Shown here: one piece after another, positions 49,233 to 59,323 of the stretch
Layout: each line of letters starts with the position of its first letter
Position numbering within the stretch: position 1 is the stretch's first letter
From: Candidatus Hydrogenedentota bacterium
GTDB lineage: Bacteria; Hydrogenedentota; Hydrogenedentia; Hydrogenedentales; SLHB01
Reading direction: 5' to 3'
NCBI GenBank assembly: GCA_963745075.1
Contig: CAVUWV010000010.1
Coordinates: 128,001 to 192,000 of the forward strand
Length of the DNA: 64,000 bases
Notes under the pieces: model-generated
The model's database searches: none
Told to the model about the DNA's origin: nothing
What the model saw: only the letters and a program-made list of their open reading frames with translations
Translations under genes and position numbers: made by a program

Positions 49233-50637
49233 CTACATGGGCTTGTTCGCGCGGCAGCGCTCCGTTTCCGCAATCTGGTACTCGATTTGTTCGGGGGTCA
49301 GCATGACCGGGGACCAGGCAGCGGGTTTTGGATCGGGAACGGTCAACGGAACCGGGTCATCGTAGTGGCGTTGAAGCTCGGCGAGTTTGTCCATCATCGT
49401 CTGGATACGTTCCGCGTGTTCCGGATTTGCAGCGAGGTCGTTTGCTTCGAGCGGGTCGGTTTCCAGGTCGAACAATTGCGTCTTGTCGATCAAGGGATAG
49501 CGAATGATCTTCCAACGGCCATCGGTCACCGATCGTTGGCAGTCCGTATACGCGGTGTACAACCAGTCGCGTAGGCCGGATGAGCTATCGTTGATAACCG
49601 GCGCCAGGCTTTTCCCTTCGACGGCTGCCGGGTTGGCCACTCCCGCCAACTCGCACACGGCGGGGAAGATGTCCATGAGATAGGCCAGCGCGTCCGTGTC
49701 GCCTTCCGGGATGCCGGGACCCGCGAACACCATGGGCACGTGCATCCCGCCGAACTCATAGAGGTTCTGCTTGCCGAGGAGGCCATGATCGCCCAGCGAT
49801 AGGCCGTTGTCCCCCGCGATGACGAAGATCGTGTTGTCGTACTGCCCCGCGTCCTTCAAGGCCTGCAACAGCCGCCCGACTTCCGAGTCGAGATACGCAA
49901 TCGATGCGTAATATCGCGCGAGCTTGCCTTTGACGTCCTCGGGTGTGCGCGGGAAGGGCAGGGTCATCTCGTCGCGAATGGTCATGGCGCCGTTGTCAAA
50001 GGGTTGATACGGGGCGAATCGCTTCGGCAAGGGGACGTCTTGCGGAGGGTACTGGGCATAGAAACTCTCCGGGGCATACTGCGGATCGTGGGGCTCGCGT
50101 CCCGCCATGTAGATGAACATGGGGGACTTCGACGCCTTACGGCCGATGAAGTCGACGACCTTGTCGGCCACCGCAGTCGCCCAGCCCGGATCGTACGTTT
50201 CATCGAACTCGTCCGTGATTTTCTTGGGTGAGTTTCCGAACTTCCCCGCGTGCATCGTGGCATACCCCGCGTCCTTCATCACTCGGGGGAAGGTGTGGGT
50301 CGCGGGATCGTCGCCGCTGGCCGTGTTGGTCGCGTGAAAGAGCGAGCGACCCGTCAGCATCATCGTACGGCTGGGCAGGCAGACCGCCCCCACCATCGCC
50401 CCCATCGTGTATGTCCGGTCGAAAGCGACACCCGCGATTCACCAGCGAATCGAGGTTGGGCGTCTTGACCATCGGATTCCCCAGCGAAGCCAATCCGTCC
50501 GGCCGCAGATCGTCTATATAGAAGAACACCACGTTCGGCCGTTCCGGCGCCTGCGCCCTCACACGTCCCGCCGCCATCGCCGTCATCACCGACGCCGACC
50601 CGTATTTCAGAAACGTTCTTCGTGTCGTCTCGCGCAT
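49233..50637 (-). CDS. Tat-exported sulfatase, split by a +1 frameshift near 50432
   Basis: TRRTFLK Tat motif, PNVVFFYIDD, formylglycine motif CLPSR, GDNG and GKQNLYE; removing one G gives NRGVAFDRTYTMG. Confidence 0.85.
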
Positions 50638-50858
50638 TCTTGAAAACCTCCGATTGCAGGGCCGGGCGCGGTTCTGGGCCGCGTTCTCCGAACACTTGGT
50701 ATTGCCCCGATGGTAACGTACGAAGTTGCTGTGCGCAACGCGATGGGGACTTGGAAAACCTCACAGAAAAGACGAGGAGGAGTATAAAGCGCCAGCCCCC
50801 GTGATCGCTTTTTCCCGATTTGGCATATACTGGATGCAAGACCACGTGGAGTAGTCTT

Positions 50859-51431
50859 TTGGAAGACCTGCGGGACACCGAACTGATGTTGCTGGTCCGG
50901 GAGGGGGATGAGTCCGCCTTTTCGGAACTCTTTGATCGGTATAACCGCAAACTCCTCGACTTCTTCTATGGCATGAGCCGCGACACCCAGTTGGCGGAGG
51001 ACTTGTGTCTGGAAACCTTCGCCCGGATTTGGCACCTCCGGCGCAGGTATGCCGCCACCGGCTCGTTTCCCGCGTACCTGTTCACCTGCGCCCGCAACAT
51101 CTGGCTGGAGAAGTGCCGACACCTGGGAAAACAGTGGCGTCTGGGCACGGCCCTGTCGATTGACGAGGATAACGGGTCAGACATCCCCGCCGGAATCGCT
51201 TCCCGGCCCGACGAATCCGCGTCCCGGTCTGAAATCGAGCAGCATATTCTGAATGCCCTCGCGGAATTGCCGGATGAACAGCGCATGGTCTTCGTCATGC
51301 GAACCATAGAAGGCCTCGCGCTGGACGATATCGCCGCCGTGCTCCAGTGTCCCGTTAACACCGTGCGGTCGCGGAAGTTACTGGCGATCAAAAAGCTGCG
51401 CGAAGCATTGAAGGGAATCCTCGTGATCTGA
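50859..51431 (+). CDS. ECF RNA polymerase sigma factor
   Basis: GDESAFSELFDRY, AEDLCLETF, LAELPDEQRMVF and IAAVLQCPVNTVRSR; TTG start inferred from the GGAG SD. Confidence 0.9.
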   Translation: MEDLRDTELMLLVREGDESAFSELFDRYNRKLLDFFYGMSRDTQLAEDLCLETFARIWHLRRRYAATGSFPAYLFTCARNIWLEKCRHLGKQWRLGTALSIDEDNGSDIPAGIASRPDESASRSEIEQHILNALAELPDEQRMVFVMRTIEGLALDDIAAVLQCPVNTVRSRKLLAIKKLREALKGILVI

Positions 51432-51494
51432 CCGATGTGAAAAGGTCATGGAATTATATGAATTCATACTGCATACAAACGGAGAATTTGGGTC

Positions 51495-52028
51495 ATGCAA
51501 TGCGAAAAGGTACGAGAAAAGTTCGTCGATTACATCGATGACAACGTCCGTTTCACCGAGCGAATATGCGTGGAAGTTCACGTCGCCCGATGTTACGCCT
51601 GCCGGGAGGAACTGGAGGAGTTGACCCAGCTTCGCGACCTGTGCCGTTCTGCCGTACGCCATCCCGGAATGAGTGACGGCTTTTCCCGGTTGCAGGGTCG
51701 AATCGCCGCCTCCGAGGCGCTGACGCGCTCGCAGGGCGTTTGGGGCTCGGAAAACTGGCGCAACGCCGCGAAGAAACTGGCGGCAGCGGCGGTGGTGTTG
51801 TTCGTGCTCGGCATTTCCTCACCCTTGATTCGGCAGACCCGTTTGCTCGCCCATCAACTGCGGGACGCCACGGGAGAAGCGCAAACCACCGTGGAGGTCG
51901 TACCGAGCTTGACCCGTCCCTTTGTTCTCCGCAGGAATGAGCTGGAACTGGAGGCGCGGCTGGCCGAGTCGGCGAAACCGCCCGAATCGCGGTCGCAAGA
52001 ACCCCCTTCCCATACCCCGCCCGGATGA
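51495..52028 (+). CDS. Zinc-binding (zf-HC2) membrane anti-sigma factor
   Basis: MQC...HVARCYAC (HxxxCxxC) and one TM helix; downstream of the ECF gene. Confidence 0.85.
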   Translation: MQCEKVREKFVDYIDDNVRFTERICVEVHVARCYACREELEELTQLRDLCRSAVRHPGMSDGFSRLQGRIAASEALTRSQGVWGSENWRNAAKKLAAAAVVLFVLGISSPLIRQTRLLAHQLRDATGEAQTTVEVVPSLTRPFVLRRNELELEARLAESAKPPESRSQEPPSHTPPG

Positions 52029-52133
52029 TCGCTTTTGCCTTCGCCGGTCATTAGATGATGGGGCGGGGGAGGCCGGACTTGCTTCGGAACCGGCCCCCTG
52101 CGAATCCCCCAAGAACTGTGAAGGAGCGGCAAC

Positions 52134-53354
52134 ATGCCCGAGTATAGGTACCGCGCCGTCGACGAAAATGGTCGTAGCGTTACCGGCACCATGAATGAAG
52201 ATTCCGCGGTCCGCGTGACGGCGATGCTCGAGGAACAGGGGTTGCAGGTGTCCTCGGTCGAGCCCGAAGCCCCGCCACGTACGACGGTCCGGCGCACCGG
52301 CGGTCTCACGTGGGAGGAGATCGATCTCTTGAACCAGCAGTTGCTCGCGATCGTGCGGAGCGGACTTCCCCTGGCGCCGGCCCTGAAAGTCGTCGCCGGC
52401 GAGTTGCGTGGCCAGCGTCTTAAAGGCGTTCTGGACGCGTTGCACGCGTCGTTGGAACAAGGGCAAAGCCTCGAAGAAGCGCTCGATGCACAAGCGGGGA
52501 AACTGCCGCCCGTGTACCGCGCATCCCTGATCGCAGGTGAACGCACAGGCAATTTGCCTTCGGTACTCGAAGATATGTGCGCCTACACCGGCTACATGGT
52601 CGAGACCAAGAACCACGTCCAACAGGCGATTGCCTATCCGCTGCTGGTCGTGGCGGCGTGTATCGCCGTGCTTGGTTTCTTTCTGACGACCGTCGTTCCC
52701 CAGTTTGCCGATGTGTTCGCGGACTTCGGGACGCGGTTGCCGTGGTTGACTCGTTTCTGGATCGACGTGGCGTACAGCGTTCAGGCGCGGTACCCGTACA
52801 TGCTCATGGCGGTGTCTTTACTGATCGTTGTCGCGTATCTAGGCCTGAAGTTTGCCCGTACAACGGAGAAGGGCAGGTACTTCCTCGACTGGATCAAGCT
52901 TCGCGTGCCGGCTATCGGCCGCGCCTTTCGCCAGGATTCGCTTGCGCGTTTCAGCCGGACCTTGGCCTTGCTTCTTGGTTCCCGTGTGCCCATCCCGGAG
53001 AGCATGCAACTCGCTGCTACCGCGGCCGGCAATGCCGTGCTTGGGCGGGCCGTAACGCGCGCGACGCATACCATCGAGCAGGGATCCAATATCGCGGGCG
53101 CCTTTGAAGCCACCGGCTACTTCGACGGCACCTTTAATTGGCTGCTGGGCTTGGCCGAAGAACGCGGCGAGCTGGAGGTCTCTCTGCTTCATTTGGCCGA
53201 TACGTACGAACAAGGCGGGCGGCGGACCGGCCGCGCGATTGTTTCATTCTTGCCTCCGGCATTGATCCTGTTGCTTGGCGGCGTTGTGGCCTCGATCGTG
53301 ATCTCCATCTACCTGCCCATGTTCACATTGGCAGACGTGATTAGCGGACGATGA
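52134..53354 (+). CDS. T2SS/T4P inner-membrane platform protein (GspF/PilC family)
   Basis: MPEYRYRAVD, AGERTGNL, AIAYP, FSRTLALLL and SIYLPMF. Confidence 0.9.
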   Translation: MPEYRYRAVDENGRSVTGTMNEDSAVRVTAMLEEQGLQVSSVEPEAPPRTTVRRTGGLTWEEIDLLNQQLLAIVRSGLPLAPALKVVAGELRGQRLKGVLDALHASLEQGQSLEEALDAQAGKLPPVYRASLIAGERTGNLPSVLEDMCAYTGYMVETKNHVQQAIAYPLLVVAACIAVLGFFLTTVVPQFADVFADFGTRLPWLTRFWIDVAYSVQARYPYMLMAVSLLIVVAYLGLKFARTTEKGRYFLDWIKLRVPAIGRAFRQDSLARFSRTLALLLGSRVPIPESMQLAATAAGNAVLGRAVTRATHTIEQGSNIAGAFEATGYFDGTFNWLLGLAEERGELEVSLLHLADTYEQGGRRTGRAIVSFLPPALILLLGGVVASIVISIYLPMFTLADVISGR

Positions 53355-54532
53355 ACTGGAAACAATTACTACGAACGGACGTGACAACGGTATTGCGCGG
53401 TTTTGCGCCACCCCACGTCTACCACGCCCGGCATGGCCGCAAGTGGGCGGGTCCCATGTACGCTCGCCGGGCAAATTGGCATCGTGATTTACTGGCCGTC
53501 ACGGGCCAACTGCAATCGATCGTTCAATGCAACGCGCCGCTGGTCCAGGGGCTTGAACTGGCCGCGTGGGACGCTCCCCGCCGGAAAGTCCAGCTCATGT
53601 TGCAGGCCATCCATGACGATCTGGTTTCGGGAAGCACCTTGCACGAGTCCCTGGCGCAACGGACCCGGTTCTTTCCAAAGTATTACGTCGATCTCGTCAA
53701 GGTTGGCGAGGTTACCGGCACCCTCTCCAAGTCGCTGGCCCACCTGTTCGAGCATCTGACTTCCGAGCGCAAACGCGCCGCCTCCATCTGGGGATGGCTC
53801 GGCTATTTCGCCGTCGTGTTGTGCATTCAGATGACGATAATCGCGTTACTCGGTTTGTTTGTGCTTCCCGAGTTTGTCGAATCGCTGAAGGACTTGGGTG
53901 GGGAATCTCCCGCTATTCTCGATCGTCTGGTGCGCGTAGGCGATTTGATCCACGCTTACTGGGATCCCGTTACGGTCGCTTTGGTTCTGCTCCTTCTGAT
54001 CGTGCCCAGCACTTTGTTGCCCATGCGCCGAACAACCGCCGGCGTTGGCGTACGTCCAATCAAGTTCCTTGGATGCAGGCTGCCCTTGATTGGATCTGCG
54101 ATTGCTAAGAGCGACTTGAGCCGTGTGGCCCGCGTTCTGGGGCGGTTGCTGCACGCCGGCGTTCCGTTGAACGATGCCTTACACGACAGTGCGGAGTTGG
54201 ATCTGGCAGTGCCGCAGCGTCTCGCACTGCAACGGGTCAAACGTCAGGTCGAAGAAGGCTCCAGTCTTACGCAGGCCGTTCGGGAGACGGGCGGTTTCCC
54301 GGAATCGTTCTGCGCGCTCGTGTCCCTGGGCGAATCGAGCGGCCGGCTGGGGAATGCTTTTGACCGCATCGCCGAACTTTACGAAATACAGACCTTGAAG
54401 ACCACGCGTGTCCTGATCGACACCATTTGTCCGTTGGGAATCTTGGTTCTCGGGGGCATCGTACTCGCCGTCGAACTGTCGGTGTTTTCGTATCTCACCA
54501 CCTTCGCGGATACGATCCTGAGTCAACTTTGA
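53351..54532 (+). CDS. Second GspF/PilC family protein
   Basis: VGEVTGTL, FVLPEF, LLHAGVPL and LGESSGRL. Confidence 0.85.
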   Translation: MNWKQLLRTDVTTVLRGFAPPHVYHARHGRKWAGPMYARRANWHRDLLAVTGQLQSIVQCNAPLVQGLELAAWDAPRRKVQLMLQAIHDDLVSGSTLHESLAQRTRFFPKYYVDLVKVGEVTGTLSKSLAHLFEHLTSERKRAASIWGWLGYFAVVLCIQMTIIALLGLFVLPEFVESLKDLGGESPAILDRLVRVGDLIHAYWDPVTVALVLLLLIVPSTLLPMRRTTAGVGVRPIKFLGCRLPLIGSAIAKSDLSRVARVLGRLLHAGVPLNDALHDSAELDLAVPQRLALQRVKRQVEEGSSLTQAVRETGGFPESFCALVSLGESSGRLGNAFDRIAELYEIQTLKTTRVLIDTICPLGILVLGGIVLAVELSVFSYLTTFADTILSQL

Positions 54533-54557
54533 GTAATTACAGGAGAACGTTCGTTCC

Positions 54558-55838
54558 ATGCCATCGCTTAAAATCGTTGGAAACGAAGCAGAATTGCCGG
54601 ATGACGCGGGTGGACGGCTGTCCCTCGGCGAACTTCAGGCGCGACTGGCGGAACAGTTGGAGCGCGGCGGCGATACCGCGGCGGTGGACGCCGTCAATCT
54701 TATTCTGGATCAAGGGGTTCTCCACCGGGCGAGCGATATCCATTTCGAACCCTGGCGAGATTCGTTGGCGGTTCGATACCGTATTGACGGAATCCTCCAC
54801 GATGCCGCGCTCTTGGCCCGCGCGCACCACCCCCGCATCACGACCCGGCTGAAGATCGTTGCGCGCATCGCAACCTACCACCGGGACACACCCCAGGATG
54901 GACGTATCGAACCGGACGCCACACCCTGCGGCCGGGCCATGCGCGTGTCGACCTTTCCCACGGTCAACGGAGAAAAAGTGACCGTTCGGGTGTTGGACAT
55001 GCCGGGCGGGTTGTTGCCGTTGGTATCGTTGGGGTTCACGCCGTCGCTGGTGGCATCCCTGCGCGACCTGGTGGGTCGGCCGAGCGGCACCCTGCTGCTG
55101 ACCGGTCCAAGTTCCAGCGGGAAGACCACCACGATTTATGCGCTCATCGACGAGATTCTCCGAATGCGAAAACCCGCGCCGCACGTGGTCACCATCGAAG
55201 ACCCCGTCGAGTATCGCCTTGCGCAGGTTTCGCAAACCGAGATCAATCCGCATACCGAATTCACCTTTGAAGACGCGCTCCGGGCCGTATTGCGGCAGGA
55301 TCCCGAAGTGATCATGCTGGGCGAAATCCGCGATCCCGCCACTGCCCATGCCGCCATTCAGGCGGGGCTGACGGGGCACCTGGTCATCAGTACCATTCAC
55401 AGCGGCACCGCGGCTGGCGTCTTCACGCGCCTGCTGGATATGGGCATCGAACCCTTCTTGATCGCATCCTCCGTGACCGGCGTTCTGGCGCAGCGTTTGG
55501 TCCGCCTGAATTGTCCCCACTGCAGTGCATCGATCGTTCCGGACGAACGGCTTTGCGCCGCCTACGGTATTACGTCCGATGCCGGAGACTTTCGAGCCGG
55601 GAATGGATGTCCGGAGTGCGAAGGCATCGGCTATTGGGGACGGACCGCGATTGGCGAACTGCTGACCGTTGACGAAACGATTTCAGACCTGGTCCTGAAC
55701 CGGTCGCGTACGGCCTCTCTCCATCAGGCCGCCGTGGCTGCGGGGATGAACGCACTCGAGCACGACGGCATCGCGCGTGTTACGGCCGGGGTCACAACAC
55801 TGGAGGAGATGCGGCGCGTATTGCCGCCGGGACTGTAA
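54558..55838 (+). CDS. GspE/PilB family assembly ATPase (short N-terminus)
   Basis: ASDIHFEP, GPSSSGKTTT, TIEDPVEY, LRQDPEVIMLGEIRD, TGHLVISTIH and two CxxC zinc motifs. Confidence 0.93.
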   Translation: MPSLKIVGNEAELPDDAGGRLSLGELQARLAEQLERGGDTAAVDAVNLILDQGVLHRASDIHFEPWRDSLAVRYRIDGILHDAALLARAHHPRITTRLKIVARIATYHRDTPQDGRIEPDATPCGRAMRVSTFPTVNGEKVTVRVLDMPGGLLPLVSLGFTPSLVASLRDLVGRPSGTLLLTGPSSSGKTTTIYALIDEILRMRKPAPHVVTIEDPVEYRLAQVSQTEINPHTEFTFEDALRAVLRQDPEVIMLGEIRDPATAHAAIQAGLTGHLVISTIHSGTAAGVFTRLLDMGIEPFLIASSVTGVLAQRLVRLNCPHCSASIVPDERLCAAYGITSDAGDFRAGNGCPECEGIGYWGRTAIGELLTVDETISDLVLNRSRTASLHQAAVAAGMNALEHDGIARVTAGVTTLEEMRRVLPPGL

Positions 55839-56290
55839 TGGATTCAATCGTCTACACCGTGTGCAGGGCTCGTTCAATCCGTTCAAACCGCAACGGACGG
55901 CTCGGATTCTCGTACCTCGAGTTAACGGCGGCGCTGTTCGTGTTCTCCCTCGGGATCATGGGCGCGTTCCAACTGTTTCATTTTACATTGTCCAAGACGC
56001 GCGTGATTAAGGAAGACGCCATTGCCATGCGCGCCATCCAGAACGAAATAGAAACGCTGCGCGTTCAGCCGTTTTCGGAACTGGTCGATGGAACGCGCGG
56101 ACTGACCAGTGCATGTCCTGAACTCGCACAATTGAAGAATGCGCACGGCGACGTACGGATTGACCCCTATGAAGGGTTCCCGGGCGACCTGAAACAGGTT
56201 CAGGTTACGTTGGAATGGACGGGCGACAATGCGCGCCACCGGACGCTGTCGTCTACAACGCTGCTTGGCAACCGAGGTGGTTCGTCATGA
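55838..56290 (+). CDS. Minor (pseudo)pilin, PilV/GspI-like
   Basis: Class III signal G|FSYLE followed by a hydrophobic helix. Confidence 0.8.
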   Translation: MDSIVYTVCRARSIRSNRNGRLGFSYLELTAALFVFSLGIMGAFQLFHFTLSKTRVIKEDAIAMRAIQNEIETLRVQPFSELVDGTRGLTSACPELAQLKNAHGDVRIDPYEGFPGDLKQVQVTLEWTGDNARHRTLSSTTLLGNRGGSS

Positions 56291-56859
56291 CAAACTCGAA
56301 GATAGCACATGGTCGCGCGAACGCCGGAATGACGCTCCTGGAACTGCTGGGCTACGTCGCGGCGTTGGGGATCCTCGTCAACATATGCGCAGTCTCCTTC
56401 GTTCAGTCGAACCGGCTCGCGCAGGTGGGGGAGACCACCCTGCTTCGTCTCGATACCCTTGCGGCCGTCCAGCAGGATTTCACCGACGCCGTTCACCGCG
56501 CCGTTTCCGTCGCGCCGGCCCTGGCGGGTTTTTCCACGAATGCGGAACAGGTCGTTCTCCAGCTTCCGCCATTGCCTGATGAGCCCGAAGCCGTCCGCTT
56601 CATTGTGTTCGGCAGAAACGGTAAAGACGACCTTTCCATGACGACCTACGCGATGGCGAACGGCAAGCTCGTCCTGGAGCGGCATCAACGGTATCCCGTA
56701 CGTTTCGAAGTAGTGAACCTCGCCTACGACCGGCCTCCCGGCCAGGGGACCCGCGCGGTATCGTTGACGCTGCGCATTTTCCAGGAGCGACGCGACAATC
56801 GCAGTGGCGGCGGTGCGACCGTTACCGCCTCGCTGCGCGCCACGGAGTACCCGTTATGA
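56287..56859 (+). CDS. Minor (pseudo)pilin, PilW/GspJ-like
   Basis: Class III signal G|MTLLE; ATGA overlap with the upstream gene. Confidence 0.8.
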   Translation: MTNSKIAHGRANAGMTLLELLGYVAALGILVNICAVSFVQSNRLAQVGETTLLRLDTLAAVQQDFTDAVHRAVSVAPALAGFSTNAEQVVLQLPPLPDEPEAVRFIVFGRNGKDDLSMTTYAMANGKLVLERHQRYPVRFEVVNLAYDRPPGQGTRAVSLTLRIFQERRDNRSGGGATVTASLRATEYPL

Positions 56860-57293
56860 ATGCACGACGAAACAATCGAAACAACGTCGCATCGCCAGCG
56901 AAGGCATGGCGCTTCTCTTGGCGCTCGGGGTTCTCGTTGTCGTAACTGCTTTCTCTACTGCGCTATTGACGGGACTCCGCGTGAGTCCTAAACCAGGCGC
57001 AAGTCCGGGAACGTCAGATTCAGTGCACCAACATCGCGGAAGCGGGTATCGAGAAAGCACTCGTGGAACTGCGCGCAGGCGCCAGTCCGTACGGTGGCGA
57101 GAAGGACACTCCGTTCGGCCCGGGATCGTTTACGGTCGTTGTCAAGCCGTTGGAGTTCAATCGAGTTGCGCTCACGTCGACCGGCGTACTGGCAGAAGGA
57201 ACTCCGGTGCATGCCCGCGTGCGCGTTGAGGCGGCCGTCGAACCCGGGGGCCGGGTGCGCATCCTCCGCTGGGACGAGGAGGTCCACCGATGA
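56856..57293 (+). CDS. PilX/GspK-like minor pilin with two compensating frameshifts
   Basis: G|MALLLAL (no Glu5) in one frame and [11 protein letters not shown] in another; ATG 56856 and stop 57293 are in frame and overlap both neighbours by ATGA. Confidence 0.65.
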
Positions 57294-57982
57294 TGACCCT
57301 GCGCAAGAGAACCGGTTTCACGCTGATCGAATTATTGGCCGTTGTCGGTATTATCGGCGTGCTTGCGGCCATCCTGCTGCCTGCCTTGGCTCGTGCCCGC
57401 GAACAGGCCCGCCGCACGAGTTGCATGAGCAATCTTTCCCAACTCGGCATGGCTTTCCAGATGTACGCCGCCGAAAACGAAGGGGCCTTTCCGTGGAGCG
57501 GTGGGGGAGGGGACGCCCAATGCCTGCTCGATCTGATTCCCGAATACGTCACTGACCCCTGGCTCTTCGCCTGTCCCTCGTGTAGCATTAATTTCGAAGG
57601 GCAACCCCGGGGTGAGGAACCCAAACCATTGAATACCTACCTTCACGCGGAGCACAGCGTTCGCGGCAGCTACGACTACTTCGGTGTTTATACTTCGACC
57701 CCGCTCACGCTGCCCCCCGCCGATCGTGGCATACCGCGAATACCCATCATGTGGGATGCCTTCAGCGGCATTCCTCGTCTTGGAAAAGACCACGAGGCGC
57801 CGCGCTTCTATGCAAACCACGTCCCCGCCGGTGGAAACGTACTGTGGATGGATGGGTCGGTCACGTTTGTCCTGACGAACGAGTGGAAAGATTGGAACCT
57901 TCCCGCGGCGGTTCCGAACGTAGAGATGACCGATCCCTCCGCCGAAAAGGTAGGTCCTCCCGAGTCCGAATCCCTGCGCTGA
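57290..57982 (+). CDS. Prepilin-type DUF1559-like protein with an H-X9-DG-like C-terminal motif
   Basis: [33 protein letters not shown] and [16 protein letters not shown]. Confidence 0.88.
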   Translation: MMTLRKRTGFTLIELLAVVGIIGVLAAILLPALARAREQARRTSCMSNLSQLGMAFQMYAAENEGAFPWSGGGGDAQCLLDLIPEYVTDPWLFACPSCSINFEGQPRGEEPKPLNTYLHAEHSVRGSYDYFGVYTSTPLTLPPADRGIPRIPIMWDAFSGIPRLGKDHEAPRFYANHVPAGGNVLWMDGSVTFVLTNEWKDWNLPAAVPNVEMTDPSAEKVGPPESESLR

Positions 57983-58139
57983 GGGCATGCCCCGTGACGT
58001 GCACTTTCCCCCGACACGGAAAATGCTGCGCCCGTTGACTCCCGACGGAACGATCCTCCATTATGCCTTGCGCGCAAGTCGCGTCGGTTAGATGGTCTAA
58101 CCGCAACCCGATCGGGGTTCGGCTGCAGTGCGAGGGGAT

Positions 58140-59084
58140 ATGAAGAGATTACTGGTGACAGGCGGTGCGGGTTTCATCGGATCCCACATCGTGGATGCCT
58201 ATGTGGAAACGGGCCATCATGTGGCTGTGGTGGACAATCTCAGTTCGGGATTTCGCGAATTCGTGAACCCAAAGGCGACCTTTTACGAAATGGACGTTCG
58301 ATCCGAGGATATTCGTTCCATCTTCGAAAAGGAAAAACCCGAAGTCGTCAATCATCTCGCGGCGCAAATCGACGTGCGGCGCAGTGTCGAAGAGCCCATG
58401 TTCGATGCGGATGTCAACATCAAGGGCTCGCTGAACGTATTGGAATGCGCCGTAAAGACCGGCGTCAAGAAGTTCCTGTTCGCGTCGACCGGCGGCGCCA
58501 TTTATGGTGAACCGGAGATCCTTCCGGTGTCGGAAGAATACTGGCCGCGCCCAATTTGTCATTACGGCGCTGCCAAGTATTCGGTCGAGCACTACATCTA
58601 CCTCTACCGGCATCTCTACGGCATCGATTTCACCATCCTCCGGTTCCCGAACGTCTATGGTCCGCGCCAGAATCCCCATGGCGAGGCCGGTGTATGCTCG
58701 ATCTTGATCGGTTTGATGCTGGAGGGCCGGGCGCCAACCTTGTTCGGGTTTGGCAAGCCGTTGCGCGACTATGTCTTTGTCGGTGACATTGCGCGGGCCA
58801 ACGTACTGGCCCTCGACAAGGGGTCCGGTGAAACCCTGAATCTGGGTTCAGGTATTGGTACCTCCGTCCGGCAGATTTTCGATGTCTTGCAGGGAATCCT
58901 GGATTTCCCGGACGAGCCCATGCTTAAAGAACTCAGGCCGGGCGAGATACGTGAGATCTACATCACCGGCGAACGAGCCCGGGAAGTGCTCGGATGGTCC
59001 CCAACGGTGAATTTGAAGGAAGGACTTCAGCGAACGGTCGACCACATTCGCGCTGCCGAGTCGGCTACAGGCTCGAACCGCTAG
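58140..59084 (+). CDS. NAD-dependent epimerase (UDP-glucose 4-epimerase-like)
   Basis: VTGGAGFIGSH, STGGAIYG, YGAAK, NVYGPRQ and RDYVFVGD. Confidence 0.9.
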   Translation: MKRLLVTGGAGFIGSHIVDAYVETGHHVAVVDNLSSGFREFVNPKATFYEMDVRSEDIRSIFEKEKPEVVNHLAAQIDVRRSVEEPMFDADVNIKGSLNVLECAVKTGVKKFLFASTGGAIYGEPEILPVSEEYWPRPICHYGAAKYSVEHYIYLYRHLYGIDFTILRFPNVYGPRQNPHGEAGVCSILIGLMLEGRAPTLFGFGKPLRDYVFVGDIARANVLALDKGSGETLNLGSGIGTSVRQIFDVLQGILDFPDEPMLKELRPGEIREIYITGERAREVLGWSPTVNLKEGLQRTVDHIRAAESATGSNR

Positions 59085-59323
59085 CCCCCAGGACGCGCCT
59101 GTCAACAGTTCGATTGCCATCCACAGCGAGCAGTGCACGTTCCGGGCGAGAACGGGTTGTTCCGCTTTGGCTTTCCTTGCTACTATGGCATCTTCATTCT
59201 TGGGCGGACGAACTCTATGATTTCAATGATTGTCTGCGGTTCATGCGGTGTACGATGCACTTCCCGCGAAACAGTTTGGCGCGCTGCTTTTGAGCGGCAC
59301 GGAATCGGGCTGCGATTCAAAGT

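Noticed and set aside
50820..50838. TTGGCATATACTGGATGC as a sigma54 promoter for the ECF gene
   Set aside because: GG-to-GC spacing is 12 nt, not the required 10.
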